Positions 41,928 through 50,937 of a DNA stretch of 64,000 nucleotides are shown here, piece after piece (the first letter of the stretch is position 1; each line of letters starts with the position of its first letter). This DNA comes from Methanomassiliicoccaceae archaeon. GTDB lineage: Archaea > Thermoplasmatota > Thermoplasmata > Methanomassiliicoccales > UBA472. The notes below the pieces were generated by a model. It was given only the letters and a program-made list of their open reading frames with translations. It was not told the DNA's origin and did not search any database. Position numbers and translations under genes: made by a program. Where the stretch lies: the NCBI GenBank assembly GCA_963806355.1, contig CAWDXN010000004.1:145273-209272 (forward strand), in the 5' to 3' direction.

Positions 41928-43249
41928 GGCGACACCTCCGGGAAATGGTAATGGAAGTGCCGTTCCCAGACCTCGGCCGTCCTGATCAGGCCGCCCTCCT
42001 CCCAGTGAGGGGCCACAAGCTGCAGCCCTATGGGAAGCCCACCTTCATAGCCACAGGGCACCGAGATATGCGGTAGGCCCGTGAGGTTCGGTGGTATGGT
42101 CAGGAAGTCGGCCTGGTACATCTCGATGGGCCTCATCTTGGAGATCTCATCGAAACGTGGCGGAAGGAAAGGCATGGTCGGTGAGACGATGAACGAGTGG
42201 TCGGCCAGCACTTTTTTGTATTCCTCCAGCACCAGGTCCCTGACCCCGAGCGCCTTGAGGTAGTATTTGTTCCTGAACCCGACCATGCGACAGAAAGTAC
42301 CGAGGAGGATGCGTCGTTTGGCCTCGTCCCCGAACTGCTCAGAACGCACACCGCTGAAGTAGTCGTTGAAGTGTTGATGATATTCCTTCTCTGGCACGCC
42401 GAAGCGCATGCCACAATAACGCGCCAGGTTGGTGGAGGCCTCGGTCGTCGCGATGACATAGTAGGCGGGCATGGCGAAGCGCAGGCTCGGCATGCTGATC
42501 TCGTGCACTTCCACACCGAGATGATGGCTTAGCTTGTCCAAAGCCCTAAGGAACGCCTCCTTTACCGTCGGGGCGAGGCCATCGAGGCATTCGGTGGGCA
42601 ATGCCAGCGGACCTTCCCTGATCTGGTTCAGGTCCAAGGGAGGCTGCACGCATGAGGTCGGGTCCTTGGGGTCCGACCCAGAGATGACGGGAAGGAAATG
42701 GGAGAGGTCCTTGACGGTGCGGGACAGCAGGCCGACCTTGTCCAGTGAGTTGCCGTAATCGATCAGGCCATAGCGCGAGACCCGACCATAGGTCGGGGTC
42801 AGGCCGACCACTCCGCAGAATGAGGCCGGGCAGGCGATCGAACCGCCTGTGGACACTCCCAGCGAGACATGGCCCGGGATCAGGCAAGCCGCCGCGGCAG
42901 CGCCCCCACTGGAACCTCCGCAGGCCCTTTCCTCATCGAAGGGGTTTCGCGGCACACCGAACGCGGAGTTGGTGCTGAAGGTGCCGAACCCGAACTCGTC
43001 CATGTTGGTCTTGCCGATGAGCAGTCCACCCTCTTGCCGCATACGGTGGACCGGGGTGGCGTCGAAGGGTGGGCGATAACCCTCGAGGATGTGGGACCCA
43101 GCTCTTGCCTGGAACTCGGTGGTGCAGAGGTTGTCCTTGGCGGAGAATGTGAAGCGGTGATCGGGCAGGGGCCCTCCTTCGATCAACTGGCAGAAGATGG
43201 AATACCTCTCGTTCAGGCGAAGCAATGCCTGAGGCGAACAACCCGTCAC
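41924..43249 (-). CDS. gatA: Asp/Glu-tRNA amidotransferase subunit A (amidase)
   Basis: Intact 441 aa. Amidase signature GGSSGGAAAA...STGGSI, and KTNMDEFGFG. 4-nt overlaps with gatC and gatB. Confidence 0.9.
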   Translation of the reverse strand: MTGCSPQALLRLNERYSIFCQLIEGGPLPDHRFTFSAKDNLCTTEFQARAGSHILEGYRPPFDATPVHRMRQEGGLLIGKTNMDEFGFGTFSTNSAFGVPRNPFDEERACGGSSGGAAAAACLIPGHVSLGVSTGGSIACPASFCGVVGLTPTYGRVSRYGLIDYGNSLDKVGLLSRTVKDLSHFLPVISGSDPKDPTSCVQPPLDLNQIREGPLALPTECLDGLAPTVKEAFLRALDKLSHHLGVEVHEISMPSLRFAMPAYYVIATTEASTNLARYCGMRFGVPEKEYHQHFNDYFSGVRSEQFGDEAKRRILLGTFCRMVGFRNKYYLKALGVRDLVLEEYKKVLADHSFIVSPTMPFLPPRFDEISKMRPIEMYQADFLTIPPNLTGLPHISVPCGYEGGLPIGLQLVAPHWEEGGLIRTAEVWERHFHYHFPEVSP

Positions 43250-43590
43250 GAGAGCTTAGGCCCCCTTACGTATCCATCATAGGTATCCATCGGTCCGATG
43301 AGCTTCTCCGGGTCGATGTCGCAACCGACCTCGTCCTCACGCATCACGTCGTCTATGGGGACGGGATTGAACGAGAAGCTGTCCCGGGAGGGGGCTTGGT
43401 CCAGAACATCGAAGCTATTGAGTATCTCCTCCAGGTCCTGAGCGTAACGCTCCAGCTCCTCTTCGCTAAGCCTTAGCCTGGCCACCTTGGCGACCCTTTG
43501 CACTGTTGCCCGGTCCACAGGATCCACTCCACCGCAATGATATGGCAGGAGGCAATGTCGAACTGGCATAGGAACCTTTCGAAGGACCAT
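43246..43590 (-). CDS. gatC: Asp/Glu-tRNA amidotransferase subunit C (start uncertain; conserved part begins near 43530)
   Basis: VQRVAKVARLRLSEEELERYAQDLEEILNSFDVL...PVPIDDVMREDEV. Small protein immediately upstream of gatA. Confidence 0.75.
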   Translation of the reverse strand: MVLRKVPMPVRHCLLPYHCGGVDPVDRATVQRVAKVARLRLSEEELERYAQDLEEILNSFDVLDQAPSRDSFSFNPVPIDDVMREDEVGCDIDPEKLIGPMDTYDGYVRGPKLS

Positions 43591-43684
43591 CAGGTTCGGA
43601 GGCAGCCTCGATAATTAAAGAATAATCGTTATATTATATATTAATTAAAATAATATAAATCGATGATAAGCCCAGCTATATAAT

Positions 43685-43700
43685 TTATCTCATGAGATAA
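43685..43700. repeat. perfect 16-bp palindrome TTATCTCATGAGATAA within a ~225-bp very AT-rich tract
   Basis: Read directly from the sequence. It lies in the 43611-43835 tract, whose GC is far below the window average. Confidence 0.9.
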
Positions 43701-43908
43701 TTAATTATTTTTCATTATTGATAATATGGCCAGTATGACAATTTTTCATATGATGATAACAAAAATTATCTTAAATAATTCATATTAAACACAAAATATT
43801 AGTATAAAGGAACACGTTAAAATTATCCGGAAAGATAAGAAAGGCAGGCGCAGCGCCCTGCCGCATCTCGGACGGACCGTCCGTCTAATCAGGGGAGGAG
43901 CATTAGAG

Positions 43909-44502
43909 ATGTCCATCAGCAAAGTCAGGCTTAGCGCTAGCCGTAGGGGAGAGACCGGGATAGGGGCCACCATAATACTGATGTCCCTTCTTTTGGTCTC
44001 CGGATCCGCGGCCAGCTTGATCATCGACACCAACAGCGATTCCGCTCAACAGGCGGAACAGACCGCCCAGGATGCCCTGTCCCAGGTCTCCACCGGCCTG
44101 GACGTGGTGGACATGGTTGGACATTATGACGACGGCAAGATAACCTCGGTCGAGTGTGCTGGTGAGACTGGGTCAGGGAAGCGCCCCCATCAACCTCGAT
44201 CATCTCCTCGTCAAGGTCATGACGATGACCAGCTCCATCGATCTATACCTTGAACTCCACCTCGTCAGAAACGAGGTTCACCGCCAGGCAGGTCTGCCTG
44301 GCATCAAACCTTCCTGCATGGTCCAATGGCGTTCCACCGTTGATAGGCCAGGGGGACCTCGTCAAGATCGTGGTGGACATACCCTCCGGTGGCGATCGGG
44401 CAGTCGGCGTCGATCAAGCTCATCCCGGCAGAGGGGCATGCCACCTTGGAGACGTTCACCGTCCCGGACAACATAGTAGGCACAGTCGTCTCCCTACGAT
44501 GA
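43909..44502 (+). CDS. archaellin-family (FlaB/ArlB-like) protein with class III signal peptide; about three apparent frameshifts
   Basis: MSISKVRLSASRRGETGIGATIILMSLLLVSGSAASLIIDTNSDSAQQAEQTAQDALSQVSTGLDVVDMVG matches the archaellin N-terminus. Later segments are VRLGQGSAPINLDHLLVKV and IKLIPAEGHATLETFTVPDNIVGTVVSLR with TGA 44500-44502. GGAGG lies 8 nt upstream of the ATG. Confidence 0.65.
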
Positions 44503-44612
44503 TATCCGAACGAAGATCAAGGAAGGCCAGCATGCACGACTCATTCACAAGAGGCGTTCACTGACTCAAAATCTTTATCAATCATCAGCACTTACTCGAT
44601 TTCAGTGATCCG

Positions 44613-45104
44613 ATGGCGGACGAGTTTGAAAAATTGATGAAGCAAGGATTCCAGCTGATGGGCGAGGGGGAGTATCAGCAAGCCCTCACCAAGTTCGACA
44701 AGGCCATCAAGCTCGACCCCAAGAACGCAGAGGCCTACCTAGCCAAGGCAGATGCCGCGGTATTGGTCCCGAAGGTCCCTCAGGAGGAGATCGTGGCGTT
44801 GTACAAGAAGGCCATCGAGCTCCAGCCAGACAACCCGTTCATGTACCAGTCCTACGCGGCCTTCTGCATGGACATAGGTACGTTCAACGAGGCGGAGACC
44901 GCCTACAACAAGGCGGCAGAGGTCGACCCAGACAACTCCTCCTATTATTATTCAGAGTTCGGAGTGGAGTATTATAAGAGGGCACCGGCGGTCTTCGAAC
45001 AGCATCTCGACGAGAACACCAAGCAGATCATCGCCAAAAAGTCGCTCAAATATCTGCTGAAGTCCATCGGTCTGGATGAAGCGGCGGCCAAGAAACTGCT
45101 CTAA
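44613..45104 (+). CDS. TPR-repeat protein
   Basis: Intact 163 aa. Repeated A-x-x-x-F/Y-x-K-A-I/L-x-L-D/Q-P-x-N units (AIKLDPKNAEAYLAKA, AIELQPDNPFMYQSYA, AAEVDPDNSSYY). Confidence 0.8.
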   Translation: MADEFEKLMKQGFQLMGEGEYQQALTKFDKAIKLDPKNAEAYLAKADAAVLVPKVPQEEIVALYKKAIELQPDNPFMYQSYAAFCMDIGTFNEAETAYNKAAEVDPDNSSYYYSEFGVEYYKRAPAVFEQHLDENTKQIIAKKSLKYLLKSIGLDEAAAKKLL

Positions 45105-45106
45105 AT

Positions 45107-45289
45107 TCAGTGCAATAGACGGTCCATGTCCTGGCCGTCCTCTTTTCTCCCCTTTCTGACTTTGAGGGCGCAGTTGTAACATAGCCCACTCGCTCTATCG
45201 AAGTGTTCCTCGCAGAACATACCTCCGCAAAGGGAGCAGGAGTGCCTTGCTGGCCTGGAGCAATGTTGGCAAAGTCCTAAGGTCTCCAT
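45107..45289 (-). CDS. small zinc-finger protein (HIT-type-like Cys/His pattern)
   Basis: 60 aa with CQHC-x8-CSLC-x4-CEEH-x7-CYNC. Confidence 0.5.
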   Translation of the reverse strand: METLGLCQHCSRPARHSCSLCGGMFCEEHFDRASGLCYNCALKVRKGRKEDGQDMDRLLH

Positions 45290-45326
45290 GCCGAATCATT
45301 GGTAGTCCACGTATATACGCTTTTCT

Positions 45327-46009
45327 TCACAAAAGGCCTAACATGATCAGACCCTCCACCACGCCTTCAGCCTGGTTTGCCTTGCTGACGTACTTCGCCG
45401 CCGCTTTGGCCGCTGGTGAGGCGTTGCCTACCGCGATGCCGTAGCCGCAACCCTCCAACATCTTGACGTCGTTGTCCGCGTCGCCGAACGCGACCACCTC
45501 GGCGGGGGAGATCCCCAATAGCTCACAGGCCTTTTCGCACGCCCTTCATCTTGGAGTGTCCTTTCTCCATGATGTGTATGGCGAAACCGGTGGCCTCGAT
45601 TTCCAGGTCCCAGCCGGCCAATGCGTTCCGCACCTTGTTCAGGTCCTGGTCCCGGCGTAGTCCCACCTCGGTGGTCCTCCAATTGTCCGTGAAGAGGCGT
45701 TTGGTCTCCGGCATCGCCCTCTCCAGCTCATGGAACGCCCTCTCCGGAAGATCGCCCGATTGCAATTGGTAGATCCGGTCCTGGTAGCAGACCATGCCGC
45801 CGTTCTCGGCGATGACCGGACCTCGCAATCCGATGAAGGCCGAAAGACCATATGCCACTGGAAGGACGTTTCCGCTCGCCAGCATGACACTTGAGCCCCC
45901 TCTCCTGCGCCTGGCGCAAGGCCTCGATGCCGCGGCACTGGATATGCTTAGTCTCATCGGTGATGGTGCCATCGACATCGGACACCACTGCCTTGAACCG
46001 CCCGATCAT
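45327..46009 (-). CDS. HAD-IIB phosphatase (archaeal phosphoglycolate phosphatase-like); two apparent frameshifts
   Basis: VVSDVDGTIT (motif I), VMLASGN (motif II) and FGDADNDVKML (motif IV). Joins ORFs 45728..46009, 45523..45978 and 45327..45518. Confidence 0.75.
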
Positions 46010-46021
46010 GATGACACCCTA

Positions 46022-46922
46022 TCAGTCACAACAGCGCAACTGGCCGAGGGTAGTGACCCTCTCCGCGAAGGCGTTGTGCTTATGGATGGACTCCTGGCTC
46101 TCGCTCCGGACCGTGATCACCGTGTCATCCGGCAGATGGGTGAACTGCTTCAGGATGTGCGAGAGGTTCACTCGCACCACATCCTCCACGAACTTGGGGT
46201 TCTGGTGCGCGACGATGACCACCTGGGCCTCCTCCGCACGCTTCAGGATCTCGAACGTGGGGCTGCTGAACGACCGCTCTGCGATGTCTATCAGGTCGTC
46301 CGCCTCCACATCGAAGGCCTCTGGCACCTCCATCATGAGCGTGGTGATGTTGCGCTGGTTGTGTGTGATATTCGGCCCATCGCATGACTTGTCGCGCAGA
46401 TTCCCCTTCTGCAGGTCCTGGACGGTCTCCATGGCGCAGGGGCAGGCGGTCATTCCGATGACCTCGACGCCGATCATCTTCTTCATGCCGTTCCCCTTCT
46501 TGTCGGTGGCCCTGGCCAGGAGCTTGTAGGACTCCATGGTCTTCCTTCCGCTCGGGACGGTGCGTTCCAAAAAGTACTCAGCGGTGACGTGCGCCTCGGA
46601 ATGGGTCGCGTACTCGTGACGGTCCAGCAGGTCCTTGCTGATGATCGCGGCCAACGCCTCGATCCCGGACACGGGCTTGCTCAGGCTCTGCTCCACCACG
46701 TCGGAGATGACCTCCAGATTGCGGGAGAGATGGGAGCCCTTCTGGCTGGAAGGGAGGTCGACGAACACGTCGATGGTGCAAATCAAAGTGACCTTCTTGT
46801 CCCCGCGGCAGACCTGCACCGGTTTCTTGACCCCGGTGACGCCCACCCGGGTGAGCATGAACCCACCGGTCATGCGCCTCCCCTGGACATCGCTCAGCTC
46901 TATGCTATCACCGCCCCTTCAT
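46022..46922 (-). CDS. mptA: GTP cyclohydrolase, FolE2/MptA family (one apparent frameshift near 46905)
   Basis: LSDVQGRR...LTRVGVTGVKKPV, QKGSHLSRN, GMTACPCAME, THNQRN and ESIHKHNAFAE. Main ORF is 46022..46873; the likely ATG at 46922 is in another frame. Confidence 0.75.
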
Positions 46923-46967
46923 TTCAAGATGTTTTATAAATAATGCCCCATCGACCTTTTTTAGTAG

Positions 46968-48107
46968 CTAAACATGTTCATGGTTGATCAGAGCTTGGTC
47001 AGTTTGTACTCTGCGCTCGCCCAGTCCTATGCTCTCCCCATATTCCAGTTGCACGGACCAATCGAGGTCGAACAGGGCCTTGAACTTGTCATCGCCCACT
47101 CTCATGCCCTTCTTAAGCTTCGTTCCTTTCAGTCCAGGGGAGCCGTTCACCAGGTCCGCCGCCGCCTGGTCGATGGCCACGATGTCCTTCGAGGCCAGGA
47201 TGCCCACGTTCGGCACGATCGGGGCGTCGTTGAAGGGAGCGCAATCGCAGTATGGCACCACGTCCATGATGAAGGTGATGAATCCGAAGCGGCCCTCCCG
47301 CCCTTTCATGATGCCATAGCAATATTCGGCGATCTTCTCCTGTATGGCGGTGGAGTCCATGCAACAGTCCCCGAAGTCCACCGCGCTATAGGGGCAGACG
47401 ACAAGACATTCGCCACAACCGATGCACTTCTCATCATCGATCATCGCCTTCCTCTTGCTAAGCTTGATGGCATGCTCAGGGCACTTGCGCACGCAGGTGC
47501 CGCAGCCCCGGCACTTGTCCTTTTTGACCTGGGGCGTCACCTCCATGTGCATGTCCAGCTTGCCCGCCCGGGAGCCGAAGCCCATGCCCAGGTTCTTCAT
47601 TGCGCCACCGAAGCCGGTGAGCATGTGCCCCTTCAGGTGGGAGACGCACATGATGCTGTCCGCTTGCATGGCCGCCGAACCCACTCGGATGGACCGGCAT
47701 CGCTTCAGATTGACATCGATCACGGCCTCGTCCTTGCCCTTGAGGCCATCGGCGATGACCACCGGTGCGTTAACCACTGGGTAGGAGAAACCATGCAAGG
47801 CCGCGGTCTCCAAATGGTCGACGGCGTTGGCCCTCATCCCTACGTACAAGGTGTTGCTGTCGGTGAGGAACGGCCTACCGCCGTTGGCGGCGACGAGGTC
47901 GACCACCTTGGCCAGGTACTGCGGTCGGAGGAAGGCGGTGTTCCCTCTCTCCCCAAAATGGGTCTTGATGCCGACCAGGTCCCCCTTGCTGAACGTGCCA
48001 TCTAGGCCGGCCTTCTTGAACAGGCGCCCGATCTTGTTGGGCACATTGTCCTTCTCGCTCTCGGTCCGCAGGTCGGCGAAGAAAACATCTGACATGGTAT
48101 CGAACAC
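46968..48107 (-). CDS. DUF362 domain protein with inserted 2x[4Fe-4S] ferredoxin domain
   Basis: Intact 379 aa. GIKTHFGE, FLTDSNTLY, SHLKGH, CRGCGTCVRKCP and CIGCGECLVVCP. Confidence 0.8.
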   Translation of the reverse strand: MFDTMSDVFFADLRTESEKDNVPNKIGRLFKKAGLDGTFSKGDLVGIKTHFGERGNTAFLRPQYLAKVVDLVAANGGRPFLTDSNTLYVGMRANAVDHLETAALHGFSYPVVNAPVVIADGLKGKDEAVIDVNLKRCRSIRVGSAAMQADSIMCVSHLKGHMLTGFGGAMKNLGMGFGSRAGKLDMHMEVTPQVKKDKCRGCGTCVRKCPEHAIKLSKRKAMIDDEKCIGCGECLVVCPYSAVDFGDCCMDSTAIQEKIAEYCYGIMKGREGRFGFITFIMDVVPYCDCAPFNDAPIVPNVGILASKDIVAIDQAAADLVNGSPGLKGTKLKKGMRVGDDKFKALFDLDWSVQLEYGESIGLGERRVQTDQALINHEHV

Positions 48108-48165
48108 CGAACCTACGGCCGATGATATCAGGTTTGGCCTGAATGTGAGCCATTAATATGAAGCG

Positions 48166-48820
48166 ATGACACTCAGGGTCGTGCTCTGCGGGGTGGACGA
48201 GGCGGGGAGAGGCCCGGCCATGGGGCCTTTGGTGGTGGCAGCCGTGGCCATAGCCGATGACGCCCCATTGCGAGAGATCGGGGTCAAGGACTCCAAGAAG
48301 CTGTCCCCCAGCGAAACGAATCGAGCTTTCCGTTCGGATCCGCGAGATGGCGAGGGTGGAGGTCAGGGTGGTCCCGGCAGAGGAGATCGACGCTCGGGAG
48401 AACAGCCTGAACGAGCTCGAGGCCGAGCTGTTCGCTGAGCTCCTGGACCGAATCGCCCCTACCGAGGCATTCCTGGACGCCTGCGATACGAACGAGGCGC
48501 GGTTCGCCAGGACGGTCGGCTCCAAGCTTAGATGCCACCCCCGATTGGTGGCCAAGCACAAAGCGGACGACATCTATCCAGTGGTATCTGCCGCCTCCAT
48601 CATCGCCAAGACGGTGCGGGATGAGGAGATGGAACGGATATGCCGTTCATTGGGCATCGTGGGGATGAGCGGTTACTGTGGCGATAAGCGGACCAATGAT
48701 TTCGTAGAGGGTTACCTTAAAGAGCATGGGAGCCTTCCGCCACATACCAGGAGATCCTGGAAGAACATCAGGAAACTGAGTTCGGACAGCAAGGTGTCCA
48801 AGCTCAGCGATTGGGAGTGA
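48166..48820 (+). CDS. rnhB: ribonuclease HII (one apparent frameshift near 48310)
   Basis: CGVDEAGRGPAMGPLVVAAV, VKDSKKLSP, then DACDTNE, KHKADDIYPVVSAASIIAKT and GSGY-like SGYCGD. Confidence 0.85.
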
Positions 48821-48825
48821 AGAAC

Positions 48826-49158
48826 ATGTCATCGAGAAAGATCCTTCAGGACACCATTGATCGTTTCCACAAAAAGGTCGAATGCGACCCCAAGCTCAGG
48901 CAGGAGCTTCTCGGCATCAAGAAATGCGTCAACATCGACCTCGGTTGCGAATCCTACCATTTCATCCTGAAGGACGCTCACATCGATCAACTCTGCGATG
49001 GGATGGTGGATTGCCCAGACATCCTCATAACTTCCGACCCTCAAACGGTGGAGGACCTCTACACTGGCAAGATGAAGATCATGAAGGCCTACGCCTTGCG
49101 CAAGATCCGTGTCAAAGGCTCCATGGAGGACGTGATGCGGTTGAGGAACCTGTTCTGA
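48826..49158 (+). CDS. SCP2 sterol-carrier-like domain protein
   Basis: Intact 110 aa. ...ITSDPQTVEDLYTGKMKIMKAYALRKIRVKGSMEDVMRLRNLF, typical of an SCP2 C-terminus. Confidence 0.7.
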   Translation: MSSRKILQDTIDRFHKKVECDPKLRQELLGIKKCVNIDLGCESYHFILKDAHIDQLCDGMVDCPDILITSDPQTVEDLYTGKMKIMKAYALRKIRVKGSMEDVMRLRNLF

Positions 49159-49170
49159 CCGTCAAAAGGT

Positions 49171-49178
49171 TTTAAATA
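49171..49178 (+). promoter_or_regulatory. TATA box (TTTAAATA) for initiator tRNA
   Basis: Located 29-36 nt upstream of the tRNA 5' end at 49207. Confidence 0.45.
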
Positions 49179-49206
49179 AGGCATGTCCGATAGGAGCTTT
49201 CCACAT

Positions 49207-49284
49207 AGCGGGGTGGGGTAGCCAGGACATCCCGTCGGGCTCATAACCCGGAGACCGGTCGTTCAAATCGACCCCCCGCTACCA
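49207..49284 (+). tRNA. initiator tRNA-Met (CAT), archaeal type, CCA encoded
   Basis: AGCGGGGTGGGGTAGCCAGGACATCCCGTCGGGCTCATAACCCGGAGACCGGTCGTTCAAATCGACCCCCCGCTACCA. A1:U72 pair, three G:C pairs closing the anticodon stem, CAT anticodon. Confidence 0.9.
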
Positions 49285-49297
49285 TTTATATTTTCTT
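49285..49297 (+). terminator. T-rich tract after the tRNA (TTTATATTTTCTT)
   Basis: Oligo-T stretch directly after the CCA end. Archaeal terminators are typically oligo-T. Confidence 0.3.
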
Positions 49298-49359
49298 AAG
49301 CCGTTGGACGTCCCATCCATGTCGTTCCTCTCCATTTCTGTTCAGGAGGCGGGCTGTCG

Positions 49360-50937
49360 ATGCGCATAGATGTCCTCATCATCGGCGGAGGCACAACCGG
49401 AGCAGGCATCGCCCGTGACATGGCCATGCGCGGGGCTTCGGTGATGCTTTTGGAGAAGGGCGACTTCTCCGGGGGCGCCAGTGGAGGGAACCATGGCCTG
49501 CTCCACAGCGGGGCCCGTTACGTTGTCCGTGACCAGGAGTCGGCCAGGGAATGCGCGCAAGAGTGCGAGGTTCTCCGCAACATCGCCTGGCATTGCATCG
49601 AGGACCTGGGCGGTCTGTTCATCCGATTGGCGAACGATGATGGCGATTATGTCGACCGGTTCGAAACAGGCTGCCACGACTCCAGCGTTCCCGCTGAGCG
49701 CCTGACCCGGAAAGAGGTCCTGGAATTCGAGCCGATGCTCTCTGCTCAGGTGGAGGAGGGATTCCAGGTCAGAGATGCTTCCATAGACCCTTTCCAATTG
49801 GTGTTGGCGAACGTACAATCCGCCCGGGCCTTGGGGGCCATCGTTCACAATCATTCTCCCGTTATCGAGATGGTGAGGGAAGAGGAAAGGATCGTCGAGG
49901 TCCGATACAAGGACCGTCGAAATGGGCAGATTTCGACCATCAGGCCTGAACTGGTGGTCAACGCCGCAGGAGCATGGTCAGATGAGGTGGCCAAGCTGGC
50001 CGGATGCCACGTCGATCTGTCCAAGGATTGCGGCGCCCTCCTGGTCATGAGTGGAAGATTGGTGAACACGCTGGTGAACCGGCTCCGTCCCCCATCCGAC
50101 GGTGATATCGTTGTCCCCAATCGGACCAGCATGGTGATAGGGACCACCTCCAGGTCGATCCAGGACCCACGTTCCGCCAAGGTAGGGGACGAGGAGGTAA
50201 GGCTTTTGATGAGGGAGGCGGTCCAGATGGTACCGAAACTTGCCGAGTGCCGCCCCATCCGCGCCTATGCTAGCGTCAGACCCTTGGTGCGCAACCAAGG
50301 CGAGAGCCGTCGGGCGAGCCGTTCCTATCAAATATACGAGCACACCGACGATGGGCTGGACAATTTCTTCAGCATCGTCGGAGGTAAGTTGACCACCTAT
50401 CGTTCCATGGCGGAGCATCTCTCCGACCTTCTCGCCGGCGAGCTCGGGACCACCGATCCTTGCAGGACGGCGGTGGAACCATTGGTGGAAAGGGGCGAGG
50501 ACATTTCGGACCTTGGCCTGCAATCATTACCGACATCGCAGCTACAACGACGCTATGGGCAACTGCCAGAAGGCATGCGGGCAAGGGCCATGGGCACCAC
50601 ATCGGCCAGGTCGATCGCGTGCAGCTGCGAGCAGGTGACCCGCTTCGAGCTGGAACACTTCGCCGCAAACGAGGACGTCATCGACCTATCCGACCTCATG
50701 AGGCGGACCCGTGCCGGGATGGGGTACTGCCAAGGAACAGGATGCAGCATCGCCATGCTCTCCGCCCTATGCAACAAGGGCGGCGTCCCACGCGAGGCCA
50801 TGTCCCGGTTCCTTTGTGATCGACATCGGGGCATCGCCCCGGTCCTGGAGGGTGACCAGCTTCGCCAAGAGATGTTCCGCGCCGATCTGTTGAAAGGAGT
50901 ATATGGGTTCTCCACCGGGGAGGAGCGATGCCGATGA
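49360..50937 (+). CDS. glpA: anaerobic glycerol-3-phosphate dehydrogenase subunit A
   Basis: Intact 525 aa. FAD fold VLIIGGGTTGAGIARD, HGLLHSGARY, and a C-terminal BFD-like [2Fe-2S] segment CSCEQVT...GYCQGTGC. Confidence 0.88.
   Translation: MRIDVLIIGGGTTGAGIARDMAMRGASVMLLEKGDFSGGASGGNHGLLHSGARYVVRDQESARECAQECEVLRNIAWHCIEDLGGLFIRLANDDGDYVDRFETGCHDSSVPAERLTRKEVLEFEPMLSAQVEEGFQVRDASIDPFQLVLANVQSARALGAIVHNHSPVIEMVREEERIVEVRYKDRRNGQISTIRPELVVNAAGAWSDEVAKLAGCHVDLSKDCGALLVMSGRLVNTLVNRLRPPSDGDIVVPNRTSMVIGTTSRSIQDPRSAKVGDEEVRLLMREAVQMVPKLAECRPIRAYASVRPLVRNQGESRRASRSYQIYEHTDDGLDNFFSIVGGKLTTYRSMAEHLSDLLAGELGTTDPCRTAVEPLVERGEDISDLGLQSLPTSQLQRRYGQLPEGMRARAMGTTSARSIACSCEQVTRFELEHFAANEDVIDLSDLMRRTRAGMGYCQGTGCSIAMLSALCNKGGVPREAMSRFLCDRHRGIAPVLEGDQLRQEMFRADLLKGVYGFSTGEERCR

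Noticed and set aside
43600-43850. AT-rich tract as a replication origin
   Set aside because: No orc1/cdc6 gene is adjacent, and I could not find repeated ORB-like boxes, only one palindrome. A divergent promoter region is the simpler explanation. It is kept as a finding but not called an origin.
46974-48005. 343-aa plus-strand ORF
   Set aside because: It is entirely antisense to the well-supported DUF362/ferredoxin gene. Its composition is dominated by Ala, Gly, Leu, Val, His, Asp and Arg with no motifs, which is typical of a shadow ORF in high-GC DNA.
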